Shown here: positions 15,377 through 22,176 of the stretch, piece after piece
How the letters are laid out: every line of letters begins with the position of its first letter
Numbering within the stretch: position 1 is the first letter of the stretch
NCBI GenBank assembly: GCA_041740375.1
Contig: JBGSMB010000033.1
Location: forward strand, 16,739-40,738
Source: Candidatus Saccharimonadales bacterium
GTDB taxonomy: Bacteria; Patescibacteriota; Saccharimonadia; Saccharimonadales; JAGQMS01
DNA: 24,000 bases
Reading direction: 5' to 3'
Made by a program: the position numbers and the translations under genes
The notes under the pieces: model-generated
What the model saw: the letters and a program-made list of their open reading frames with translations, nothing else
The model's database searches: none
What the model was told of the DNA's origin: nothing

Positions 15377-15807
15377 TTTGTATTGTGTTTTATTTTCCAA
15401 TAAATAATTACGTATTGTTGCTAGTGAATTATCTACTTGAACAACTATTTTGTTCAGGTAGAATTATACTAATTATGTTCTGTTACATCTGTTAATTATG
15501 CATTTGATTTGATAATATAAAATCAATTATGAAATAATATCCATGCTCCTAACCATGTTTTTTCCTTTTTATTTTGACCTAGAATTCAGTTATTTCTAAC
15601 TATAAATAACGTTCTAAATAGTTGAAATAGGATATTGATATTTTAATTCGTAGTCAATTTAAGTTAGTTATTATCAGAAATAGTTTTTACAGCTAAGATA
15701 ATATTATTGATCTTTACTTAATCATTTGAAGAAAAATAATCACAAAATTTTGTTTTATAAAACTTTCTGTTGACTATCTGTAAGGATTAACTATCCGTAG
15801 TAGGATA

Positions 15808-15816
15808 TGCTACAAT
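15808..15816 (+). promoter_or_regulatory. Extended -10 element TGcTACAAT upstream of the XRE gene (leaderless geometry)
   Basis: TGCTACAAT at 15808-15816, then 10 nt (TTAACAAGTT, no SD), then ATG 15827. A possible -35 TTAACT lies 18 nt upstream. Confidence 0.45.
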
Positions 15817-15826
15817 TTAACAAGTT

Positions 15827-16024
15827 ATGGCAAAATCAGCAGCTATCATGTTCAAACAGGCAAGGCTCAAAAAAGAACTTACCCAATTTGAAGTTGCCGA
15901 AAAAGCAGGGATACATCCTAATACTTATGCAAAAATTGAAAGAGGACTACAGGAGCCTTCATTCGCATCTATTATAAAGATCTGCAAAGTTCTAGATCTT
16001 AATATCGCCGACATCCCAGCTTAG
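15827..16024 (+). CDS. XRE-family helix-turn-helix transcriptional regulator (65 aa)
   Basis: The HTH_3-type segment is LTQFEVAEKAGIHPNTYAKIERGLQEPSFASIIKICKVL. The size is typical of Cro/CI-like regulators. Confidence 0.8.
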   Translation: MAKSAAIMFKQARLKKELTQFEVAEKAGIHPNTYAKIERGLQEPSFASIIKICKVLDLNIADIPA

Positions 16025-16487
16025 TAAATTTCTTCATCTGACTACTCATCACTACCGAACAAGTTCTTCGCATAATCTCGCAACTTTCACTCTGAGAAAA
16101 TATATTCAAACTTCCTTCCCAAAGTATCTCATCATCTACAATAGCAATTTTTCTATGTCTCATATCATCGCATATGTATACTCTAACTCCACATGTTTTC
16201 AATATTTCTAATGCCTTCCATGCCTGAACTTCAAGTATCTTGTCGTGATGTCTAGGATTCCGAGTGTAGATTACTATGGTTACTCCCTCCTTAATTTTAC
16301 GCTTAAGCAGTTTTGAGAACTGACGTACACGTCTTTCAGTGAGATATGGGCTCTCGACCATTACTGATTGCTTTGCATTGCTTACGTCCCGTGCGAACGC
16401 ATCATAAAAGCTGGCTTCATCGCATAATCTTGAGATTAATAGCGCAGATGAGTCTAAAGAACGTTGTGGGCGTGTTATTCTGAACAT
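15999..16487 (-). CDS. Single-HKD phospholipase D-superfamily nuclease (Nuc-like), 162 aa
   Basis: HKD motif HRKIAIVDDEILWEGSLN (HxK(x)4D...GSxN). The size matches dimeric Nuc-type endonucleases. GGAGG lies 9 nt before ATG 16487. No signal peptide is evident. Confidence 0.8.
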   Translation of the reverse strand: MFRITRPQRSLDSSALLISRLCDEASFYDAFARDVSNAKQSVMVESPYLTERRVRQFSKLLKRKIKEGVTIVIYTRNPRHHDKILEVQAWKALEILKTCGVRVYICDDMRHRKIAIVDDEILWEGSLNIFSQSESCEIMRRTCSVVMSSQMKKFTKLGCRRY

Positions 16488-16619
16488 AACTCATCCTCCG
16501 TAGTATCATCAAGCAGTTTCTGGATTTCTTCCACATCATCACAGTTTTGAAAATCCTCATCTGTAAAAGTTCCATTATCGTACTGTCTCCCCAGCCAAGT
16601 TTTATCAGAGGATTAGTAT

Positions 16620-17606
16620 ATGGCTAACAACGTAACATTTATAGTTGGTAACGGTCTTGACTTGTCTTTAAGGCTTAATACTTCATACCGAAACTTTTAC
16701 GAGTATGTTAAGAAAAATAAGTTACACGAAGCAAATAGTATATATAGGGCTATTGAGAAGGAAGACCCGGAACACTGGGCGGACTTTGAATTAGGCTTAG
16801 GTAGATTTACAAATAAAATCGAAGACGTAACTGAAAAAGAGCGAGCACTATGGTCTCAAACTTTAAATGATGAACTAGATGAGATTAAAAAGGATTTGAA
16901 ACGCTATATCAGAGAACAAAATATTCTCGCTGACGATAGTATTCCTAACATTATATTCGAACGAGAATCGTTTTACCAAGGCTTAGAGATTGGACAGGTT
17001 GCAAACACTACTCGTGCAATAAATTTCCCCGATCAAACAAATATGCGATTTATTACACTTAATTACACAAATGTACTAGAGAAGTTATTCCCTAATATTG
17101 GTCGTGCGGTAGCTGGTCGAAATTATGTTATTAGTGATCGGATACATCATGTTCATGGCTCTATAGATACCAAAATTTCACTTGGAGTAAATGACGACTC
17201 TCAGATAAGTAGTTATATAGATGCTGATGAAAAAAAATACCTTATAAAACCTGAGCTTATCCGTCAAATGAACGACGGCAGGCTTGAAACTCTGGAAAGA
17301 TACATTGATCTTTGCGATGTTTTAGTGCTATTTGGAGTATCACTAGGTGCTACAGATAAGTATATTTGGATTAAAGCAGCGCAGTGGTTAAATAGTGGAC
17401 ACAATAGGCTACTTATTATTCATCATTTTGAAAAGGGACTAGACGTTAGTGAACTTACTGAACGAGAGGCATTGCAGTTAGAGGACCGCGTGAAGAATAA
17501 GTTTTTAAATTACTCAAATTTTAGTGAAGAGGTAGTAGATACACTGAAGACAAAAATCTATGTTATCGCAAATACAAAGGAATTATTTTCGATTAAAACT
17601 AAGTAA
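16620..17606 (+). CDS. abiH: AbiH-family abortive-infection-like protein (328 aa)
   Basis: The N-terminus TFIVGNGLDLSLRLNTSYRNFYEYV matches the AbiH signature (I/V)GNG(F/L)DL..L.TSY..F as I recall it. Later motifs are LNYTNVLE, HHVHGS and VLFGVSLGATDKYIW. GAGGA lies 7 nt before the ATG. Confidence 0.75.
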   Translation: MANNVTFIVGNGLDLSLRLNTSYRNFYEYVKKNKLHEANSIYRAIEKEDPEHWADFELGLGRFTNKIEDVTEKERALWSQTLNDELDEIKKDLKRYIREQNILADDSIPNIIFERESFYQGLEIGQVANTTRAINFPDQTNMRFITLNYTNVLEKLFPNIGRAVAGRNYVISDRIHHVHGSIDTKISLGVNDDSQISSYIDADEKKYLIKPELIRQMNDGRLETLERYIDLCDVLVLFGVSLGATDKYIWIKAAQWLNSGHNRLLIIHHFEKGLDVSELTEREALQLEDRVKNKFLNYSNFSEEVVDTLKTKIYVIANTKELFSIKTK

Positions 17607-17706
17607 AAAGACCGGTCTTGAATAGCTATAGCATCAAAGCTAGAGTCCATGTGGTTGATAAAATATATTGTAATCCAAATGGCATCATTAAAGAGTAAGC
17701 GATATG

Positions 17707-17715
17707 TGCTACAAT
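17707..17715 (+). promoter_or_regulatory. Extended -10 element TGcTACAAT upstream of the PD-(D/E)xK gene (leaderless geometry)
   Basis: TGCTACAAT at 17707-17715, then 8 nt (TTTTTTCA, no SD), then ATG 17724. The surrounding GATATGTGCTACAATTT nearly duplicates GATATGCTACAATTT upstream of the XRE gene. Confidence 0.45.
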
Positions 17716-17723
17716 TTTTTTCA

Positions 17724-18212
17724 ATGAGTAGCAATCTTGAATTTACCCGGGCCCTTGTCAAGGGCAGGATTGCCGAAACTATTTTCTCGCAGATGTTTCG
17801 ACAAAACGGAAACTACACTGTGATGGAATTTGGTTACGAGAAGGTTATCCCGCAGTTAACTGGTCGTTTATATGACCATAACGACATAGTGATCGAAACG
17901 CTTCGAGTAGCCCCTGACTTCGCGGTAATAAAACAGGACTCCGGTCATGTTCGTCTGATAGAAGTGAAATATCGCAAGAAACTTAACAAAGACGATACTC
18001 TTAAATGCGCGAAAAAGATGCACGTGTCGTGGAACCCCTCCTGCTTATTTATAGCTACTCTCGATGGCTTTTACTTTGATGAAATAACCACAATTATAGA
18101 AAACGGTGGCGATATGCCGCCTCTTGAAGAGATATCAAGCGAACTGCAAGAAAAATATTTGCAAATACTTATAGACTTCGAAAGTGGCGAAAGCACCGAA
18201 AACGTACAGTAG
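17724..18212 (+). CDS. Small PD-(D/E)xK (restriction endonuclease / Hjc-like fold) nuclease, 162 aa
   Basis: I prefer ATG 17724 (MSSNLEF...) because a -10 element sits inside the longer track ORF (17649). Catalytic-core pattern: GRIAETIF (E), VAPDFAVI (D), RLIEVKYRK (ExK). The C-terminal tail is acidic. Confidence 0.6.
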   Translation: MSSNLEFTRALVKGRIAETIFSQMFRQNGNYTVMEFGYEKVIPQLTGRLYDHNDIVIETLRVAPDFAVIKQDSGHVRLIEVKYRKKLNKDDTLKCAKKMHVSWNPSCLFIATLDGFYFDEITTIIENGGDMPPLEEISSELQEKYLQILIDFESGESTENVQ

Positions 18213-18239
18213 CTTTTACTGAATAAACTAAGTTAGTTC

Positions 18240-18256
18240 TTTAGGCATAGCCTAAA
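18240..18256. terminator. Short hairpin between convergent genes (possible bidirectional terminator)
   Basis: TTTAGGC-ata-GCCTAAA forms a 7-bp perfect stem with a 3-nt loop. It lies between the PD-(D/E)xK stop (18212) and the DM13 stop (18289). There is no clear U-tract on either strand, so the call is weak. Confidence 0.3.
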
Positions 18257-18288
18257 CATCCAGAAGCCGGGTACTTTGATTAAAATAT

Positions 18289-18801
18289 TCAATTTAGTTC
18301 TGCGGTTGCAAAAGTTATCGTAAATGCCCTGCACCAGATGACGACTGTCTTGTAGTCACCAAAGTTACTCGGTAAATTATAAGCTTGTTCTCCACTAATG
18401 CTTTTAAGCTTGCCGAGAGAAGCAAATTCACCAAGTGGCTCATCTGATGAATTTGGTGACAAATATACCAATAGATCGGGACCATTAGTTACCTTAAAGT
18501 TGTCGCCAAATACCAATATTGGGCCCTCTTCGGTGTTTACGACTGATACATCTCCACTACCTGAGTGCACTGCATCACCATCTTTAAATTGTCCTTTTAG
18601 CATTGTGGCCGGGTTGATTGTGTCGCTATCAGACATAGCGGGGATAGAAATATTTGTTTGTTGTGCTACTTCTACGCTAGGCTCAGCGTTGATATTTTTA
18701 TATGCGTAAAGTGCGATCCCGCTGATTACCACCAAAACAGATAAACCGATGGCTATCAGTACGGTCTTTTTTGTGAAATCAGTTTTTTTATTTTTGATCA
18801 C
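18289..18801 (-). CDS. DM13 domain protein with N-terminal membrane anchor
   Basis: DM13-type segment: GQFKDGDAVHSGSGDVSVV...ILVFGDNFKVTNGPDLLVYL...VVIWCRAFTITFATAEL. Signal anchor VLIAIGLSVLVVISGIALYAY. I chose GTG 18801 because TGaTACAAT (18810-18818) lies 8 nt upstream. ATG 18819 or 18888 remain possible starts. Confidence 0.7.
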   Translation of the reverse strand: MIKNKKTDFTKKTVLIAIGLSVLVVISGIALYAYKNINAEPSVEVAQQTNISIPAMSDSDTINPATMLKGQFKDGDAVHSGSGDVSVVNTEEGPILVFGDNFKVTNGPDLLVYLSPNSSDEPLGEFASLGKLKSISGEQAYNLPSNFGDYKTVVIWCRAFTITFATAELN

Positions 18802-18809
18802 TAAAAAAA

Positions 18810-18818
18810 ATTGTATCA
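18810..18818 (-). promoter_or_regulatory. Extended -10 element TGaTACAAT upstream of the DM13 gene (leaderless geometry)
   Basis: The minus strand reads TGATACAAT, then TTTTTTTA (8 nt), then GTG 18801. The spacing and T-run are nearly identical to the 17707-17726 element. Confidence 0.4.
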
Positions 18819-18862
18819 TGCACCGATTCATGCAACAATATGTAAGGTTAACTAGACATATT

Positions 18863-19087
18863 ATGTTTATAAGAGATAAAGAGCACACGGTGGTAAATAC
18901 GGTACGCGAAGCACGTACTGCTCTTAAGATTACCCAAGACGAGTTGGCCGATAAGGTGCAGGCGACCAGACAGACAATAATTGCAATAGAAAAAGGTAAC
19001 TATGTGCCGAGTGTACTGCTTGCGCTTAGAATTGCCGCTATACTAGGAAAGAAGGTGGAGGAGATCTTTCAATATGAAAAAATATAA
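18863..19087 (+). CDS. Short XRE/HTH_3-type transcriptional regulator (~65-74 aa)
   Basis: HTH segment ITQDELADKVQATRQTIIAIEKGNYVPSVLLALRIAAILGKKVEEIF. This is typical of the small regulators that precede a membrane protein. The start is uncertain: ATG 18863 or GTG 18890. The 112-aa track version (18749) runs through the divergent DM13 promoter and is unlikely. Confidence 0.7.
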   Translation: MFIRDKEHTVVNTVREARTALKITQDELADKVQATRQTIIAIEKGNYVPSVLLALRIAAILGKKVEEIFQYEKI

Positions 19088-19439
19088 ACAGATACTAGAT
19101 ATCGTTCTACTTATTGGTCTAGCGGCCATCGCTTTATTATCCGTAGCTCCTGATACCTTCGTAATGCCTTCTAGCTTACAAATGTTAGTACTTGCAGCCG
19201 TGCTTGGACTTATATCAACATTCTTGGTTTTATTTTGGCGCGAACAGCCAGACGATGAGCGCGAAATGCACAACCAAGCTCTCGCGAGTCGTTCGGCTTA
19301 TACTGTCGGTTCACTTGTTCTTATTGCAGCACTTATAATTCAAAGCATCAATCATAGCCTCGACCCTGCGGTGCCTATAGCGCTACTAGCAATGATAGCT
19401 ACAAAGGTTATCGTTCAACGCATCAAAGACGGTGAATAG
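19074..19439 (+). CDS. Small integral membrane protein (4 predicted TM helices) coupled to the HTH regulator
   Basis: 121-aa ORF overlapping the regulator gene by 14 nt. Hydrophobic helices flank a DDEREMHNQ loop. This resembles the HTH plus small-membrane-protein pairs common in Gram-positive bacteria. Function unknown. Confidence 0.6.
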   Translation: MKKYKQILDIVLLIGLAAIALLSVAPDTFVMPSSLQMLVLAAVLGLISTFLVLFWREQPDDEREMHNQALASRSAYTVGSLVLIAALIIQSINHSLDPAVPIALLAMIATKVIVQRIKDGE

Positions 19440-19455
19440 TAAATGTTAAGTCAAC

Positions 19456-19485
19456 TTGACATTATTTACATACCCCAACTATACT
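19456..19485 (+). promoter_or_regulatory. Candidate sigma70 promoter of the thioredoxin-DipZ operon
   Basis: TTGACA (19456-19461), 18 nt, TATACT (19480-19485). The downstream leader contains GAGGG (19503-19507) before the ATG codons at 19510 and 19513. Confidence 0.5.
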
Positions 19486-19512
19486 ATTTTGTATAAATAA
19501 GTGAGGGAAATG

Positions 19513-20061
19513 ATGAACAAAAAAGGAATAGTAATCGTAAGTATCGTCGTAGGACTATTCTTGGTCGGAGGTGGCGTATTGGCATACACCAACAATCAGA
19601 ATGACAAAAAAGAGCAAAAACAGATGGCAATGGAGAAGAAAACAGAAGATGAGGCCATGATGAAAAAAGAAGAAGCAGCAGCCATGGAGAAAGAAAAGAT
19701 GGCAAAAGAGGGCGAAGTAATGGTCAAGGATGAAGCTATGAGCAAAGAAGGTTCATATATAACCCTTGCGGATTACAATGCGGACCAGAGTAAATATGCT
19801 GATTCAAAGAAAGTTTACTTTTTCCATGCGAGTTGGTGTCCAATTTGCCAAGGTATCGACAAAGAGATCAAAGCTGACATGTCCAAGATTCCAGCCGGAG
19901 TAACATTTATCAAAACAGATTTTGATAATTCTACTGATCTTCGTCAGAAGTATGGCGTCACTACTCAATACACATTTGTTGAGGTTGACAGTGATGGCAC
20001 CGAAATAAATCAGTGGTCAGCGACTTCACTTCAAAAAGCCGTTGATGGCATAGATTCGTAG
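19513..20061 (+). CDS. Membrane-anchored thioredoxin-fold protein (WCPIC active site) with a Met/Glu/Lys-rich linker
   Basis: CxxC motif FFHASWCPICQGI. N-terminal TM helix IVIVSIVVGLFLVGGGVLAY. I chose the start 5 nt after GAGGG. The track start GTG 19501 overlaps the SD. Confidence 0.8.
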   Translation: MNKKGIVIVSIVVGLFLVGGGVLAYTNNQNDKKEQKQMAMEKKTEDEAMMKKEEAAAMEKEKMAKEGEVMVKDEAMSKEGSYITLADYNADQSKYADSKKVYFFHASWCPICQGIDKEIKADMSKIPAGVTFIKTDFDNSTDLRQKYGVTTQYTFVEVDSDGTEINQWSATSLQKAVDGIDS

Positions 20062-20070
20062 GTCTACGAT

Positions 20071-21792
20071 ATGCTGGTAACGGCGCTACTTTCATACGTT
20101 GCTGGGCTACTGACAGTATTAGCCCCGTGCGTGCTTCCTCTTCTACCAATTATCCTTGGAGGAAGTCTTGCTGGAGAGAAAAAAGACAAATGGCGACCAT
20201 ATATAATCACGGCTAGCTTAGTCGTATCGTTAATACTGTTTACTCTACTGCTCAAAGCTTCGACCGTATTTATCGGTATAGATCCTAGGGTATGGACTAT
20301 CGGCGCAGGAATTCTGGTAATCACCCTAGGTTTCTTTATGCTCTTTCCAGACTTGTGGGCGCAAATTATTGGAAAGTTGGGGATAGAGCACAGATCGCAG
20401 GGCTTGCTCGGGAAAGCATACAAGCAGGAAAATAGCGTACTGTCGGCAATTTTAATAGGCGCCGCACTTGGACCAATTTTCAGTAGTTGTAGTCCTACAT
20501 ACGCGTGGGTTATAGCTACGGTACTGCCTTCTAGCACCTTGCTCGGAATGTTTTATCTAACTTTCTATGTCCTGGGTGTAGCTACGGCGCTGTTGGCTAT
20601 CGCTCTGCTTGGACGTAGATTACTCGAGCGAATAAAGTGGGCGAGCGACCCGAAAGGCTGGTTTCAGCGAGGTATTGCCATCCTATTCATAATTGTTGGA
20701 ATCTTTGTTGCAACAGGATGGGATAAAAACGTTCAGACCTACTTGGTAGAAAAAGACTTTTTAAATATTAAGTCGCTGGAAGAAAAATTAGTCCCCGAAA
20801 ATGATAGTTCTTCAAAAACAAACAGCAATAGTTCGATCAATAAGGAAATGTTCAACGTTACAGCCTATGATGCGCCTGAGCTTAAGAACATCGCAGCATG
20901 GATCAATAGTGACCCACAAACAATTGCTAGCCTAAAAGGTAAAGTGGTACTACTAGATTTTTGGACCTATTCTTGTATCAATTGCGTACGCACACAGCCA
21001 TACTTGAACGCTTGGTATGAAAAATACAAAGACGATGGCCTAGTGATACTTGGTATTCATGCGCCGGAGTTTGCGTTTGAGAAAGTCACTGAAAATGTTC
21101 AAGGAGCGGTAGAGGACGCGGGCATAAAGTATCCAGTTGCTCTGGACAACGATTTTGCTACCTGGAATAATTACGAAAACCGATTTTGGCCAGCAAAATA
21201 CTTAATCGATAAAGACGGCCAGGTTAGATATACGCACTTTGGCGAAGGTGATTATGCCGAAACAGAAGAAACAATTCAGGCGCTGCTAAAAGAATCGGGT
21301 CAGGTAGTTACGGACAATATTGAAAATACTTTTAGCTCAGGTTTAGCGGTACGAGGACAAACTCCAGAAACATATTTAGGCTATGAACGTGCGGAGCGCT
21401 TTGCGAATGCCGATCAGTTTGTAGCAAATCAACCAGTGAACTTTACGCTTAAGAGTGAACTTGACGCAAACGAATGGTCGTTAGGTGGACAATGGCAGAT
21501 CAACAACGAGTCCAGCCAAAGTCTTTCTGATGCTTCAAAGCTCAGAATAAACTTTTCAGCTAAGGAGGTCTTCCTCGTGATGAGTGGCCCACCCGGTGCG
21601 ACCGTCCTCGCGTCAGTCGACGGTATCGATACACCGGGTGGAATTGATGTAAACGCTCAAGGTCAAGTAATAATTGATAAAGCAAGGTTGTATAAGATCG
21701 TAAATGCTGACAAATATCTGACGAATAAGCAACTAACACTAACAATACCTGCGGGCGTTACGGTTAATGCGTTCACGTTTGGCGGCCAGTAA
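20071..21792 (+). CDS. dipZ: DipZ-type protein: CcdA/DsbD-like transmembrane thiol-electron transporter fused to a TlpA/ResA-like thioredoxin domain and a C-terminal beta-rich domain
   Basis: The two TM cysteines are LAPCVLPLLP and FSSCSPTY (DsbD/CcdA core). Periplasmic thioredoxin motifs: FWTYSCINCVRTQPYL, GIHAPEFAFE, YPVALDNDFATWNNYENRFWPAKYLIDKDG, GEGDYAETE. This matches the DipZ architecture known from actinobacteria. Confidence 0.85.
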   Translation: MLVTALLSYVAGLLTVLAPCVLPLLPIILGGSLAGEKKDKWRPYIITASLVVSLILFTLLLKASTVFIGIDPRVWTIGAGILVITLGFFMLFPDLWAQIIGKLGIEHRSQGLLGKAYKQENSVLSAILIGAALGPIFSSCSPTYAWVIATVLPSSTLLGMFYLTFYVLGVATALLAIALLGRRLLERIKWASDPKGWFQRGIAILFIIVGIFVATGWDKNVQTYLVEKDFLNIKSLEEKLVPENDSSSKTNSNSSINKEMFNVTAYDAPELKNIAAWINSDPQTIASLKGKVVLLDFWTYSCINCVRTQPYLNAWYEKYKDDGLVILGIHAPEFAFEKVTENVQGAVEDAGIKYPVALDNDFATWNNYENRFWPAKYLIDKDGQVRYTHFGEGDYAETEETIQALLKESGQVVTDNIENTFSSGLAVRGQTPETYLGYERAERFANADQFVANQPVNFTLKSELDANEWSLGGQWQINNESSQSLSDASKLRINFSAKEVFLVMSGPPGATVLASVDGIDTPGGIDVNAQGQVIIDKARLYKIVNADKYLTNKQLTLTIPAGVTVNAFTFGGQ

Positions 21793-21808
21793 AAATAATG
21801 GAGGTTTT

Positions 21809-22057
21809 ATGGATATAACGATTTACTCAACATCAACTTGTAGTTTTTGTCATGCACTGGCAAGCTGGCTTGACTCGAAAAACATTCCTTTCACAAAAGT
21901 AATTACGGATGAAGATGACGCTGGCATGATGGAGTTTATGAAGGTTAATGATGGCATGATTGGCGTACCTTTTACTTTGATTAAAGACCCTGAAGGTAAC
22001 GTAACGAAAATTAGCGGCTTTGATCAGGGTAAGTTCAAGCAAGTACTGGGAATATAG
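21809..22057 (+). CDS. Glutaredoxin/NrdH-like small redoxin (82 aa)
   Basis: I prefer ATG 21809, preceded by GGAGG plus 4 nt. The track start 21767 overlaps dipZ. Active site ITIYSTSTCSFCHAL (CxxC). The glutaredoxin-like end is VPFTLI...GFD. Confidence 0.8.
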   Translation: MDITIYSTSTCSFCHALASWLDSKNIPFTKVITDEDDAGMMEFMKVNDGMIGVPFTLIKDPEGNVTKISGFDQGKFKQVLGI

Positions 22058-22156
22058 TTATTCAAATCAATCGTCACGGGTTTAGGCTAGCTTTTGGTTT
22101 AAGCGGTATATGGACATTACCAAGATACACTAGCTCAACGGCTTCTAAATGCCTTT

Positions 22157-22165
22157 TGCTATAAT
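22157..22165 (+). promoter_or_regulatory. Extended -10 element TGcTATAAT upstream of the Cys-rich repeat protein gene (leaderless geometry)
   Basis: TGCTATAAT at 22157-22165, then 11 nt (no SD), then GTG 22177. The track's TTG start (22165) lies inside the -10 element. Confidence 0.45.
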
Positions 22166-22176
22166 TGTCGATAGAA

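Noticed and set aside
16488-16619. Acidic reading frame on the minus strand in the PLD-AbiH intergenic region (..DNGTFTDEDFQNCDDVEEIQKLLDDTTEDELCSE, ending just inside the PLD start)
   Set aside because: It looks protein-like. However, there is no ATG, GTG or TTG start after the upstream in-frame TAA, except a GTG that leaves only ~15 codons. It is possibly a remnant of a degraded gene and is not called.
17608-17619. Palindrome AAGACCGGTCTT right after the AbiH stop, considered as a terminator
   Set aside because: As a hairpin it leaves at most a 4-bp stem, and no U-tract follows. That is too weak to call a terminator, though it could be a protein-binding site.
20064-20537. 157-aa minus-strand ORF antisense to the 5' part of dipZ (also 19484-19705, 19961-20149, 21560-21745, 21833-22042 on the minus strand)
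   Set aside because: The plus-strand genes show CcdA, thioredoxin and glutaredoxin active-site motifs in exactly these regions. The antisense products lack motifs and SDs.
22058-22164. Possible RNA structure or terminator in the 107-nt gap after the NrdH-like gene (GCTAGCTTTTGG ... CCAAGATACACTAGC)
   Set aside because: The pairing is interrupted and the loop is ~22 nt. There is no U-tract, and it shows no resemblance to any riboswitch or tRNA that I recognise.
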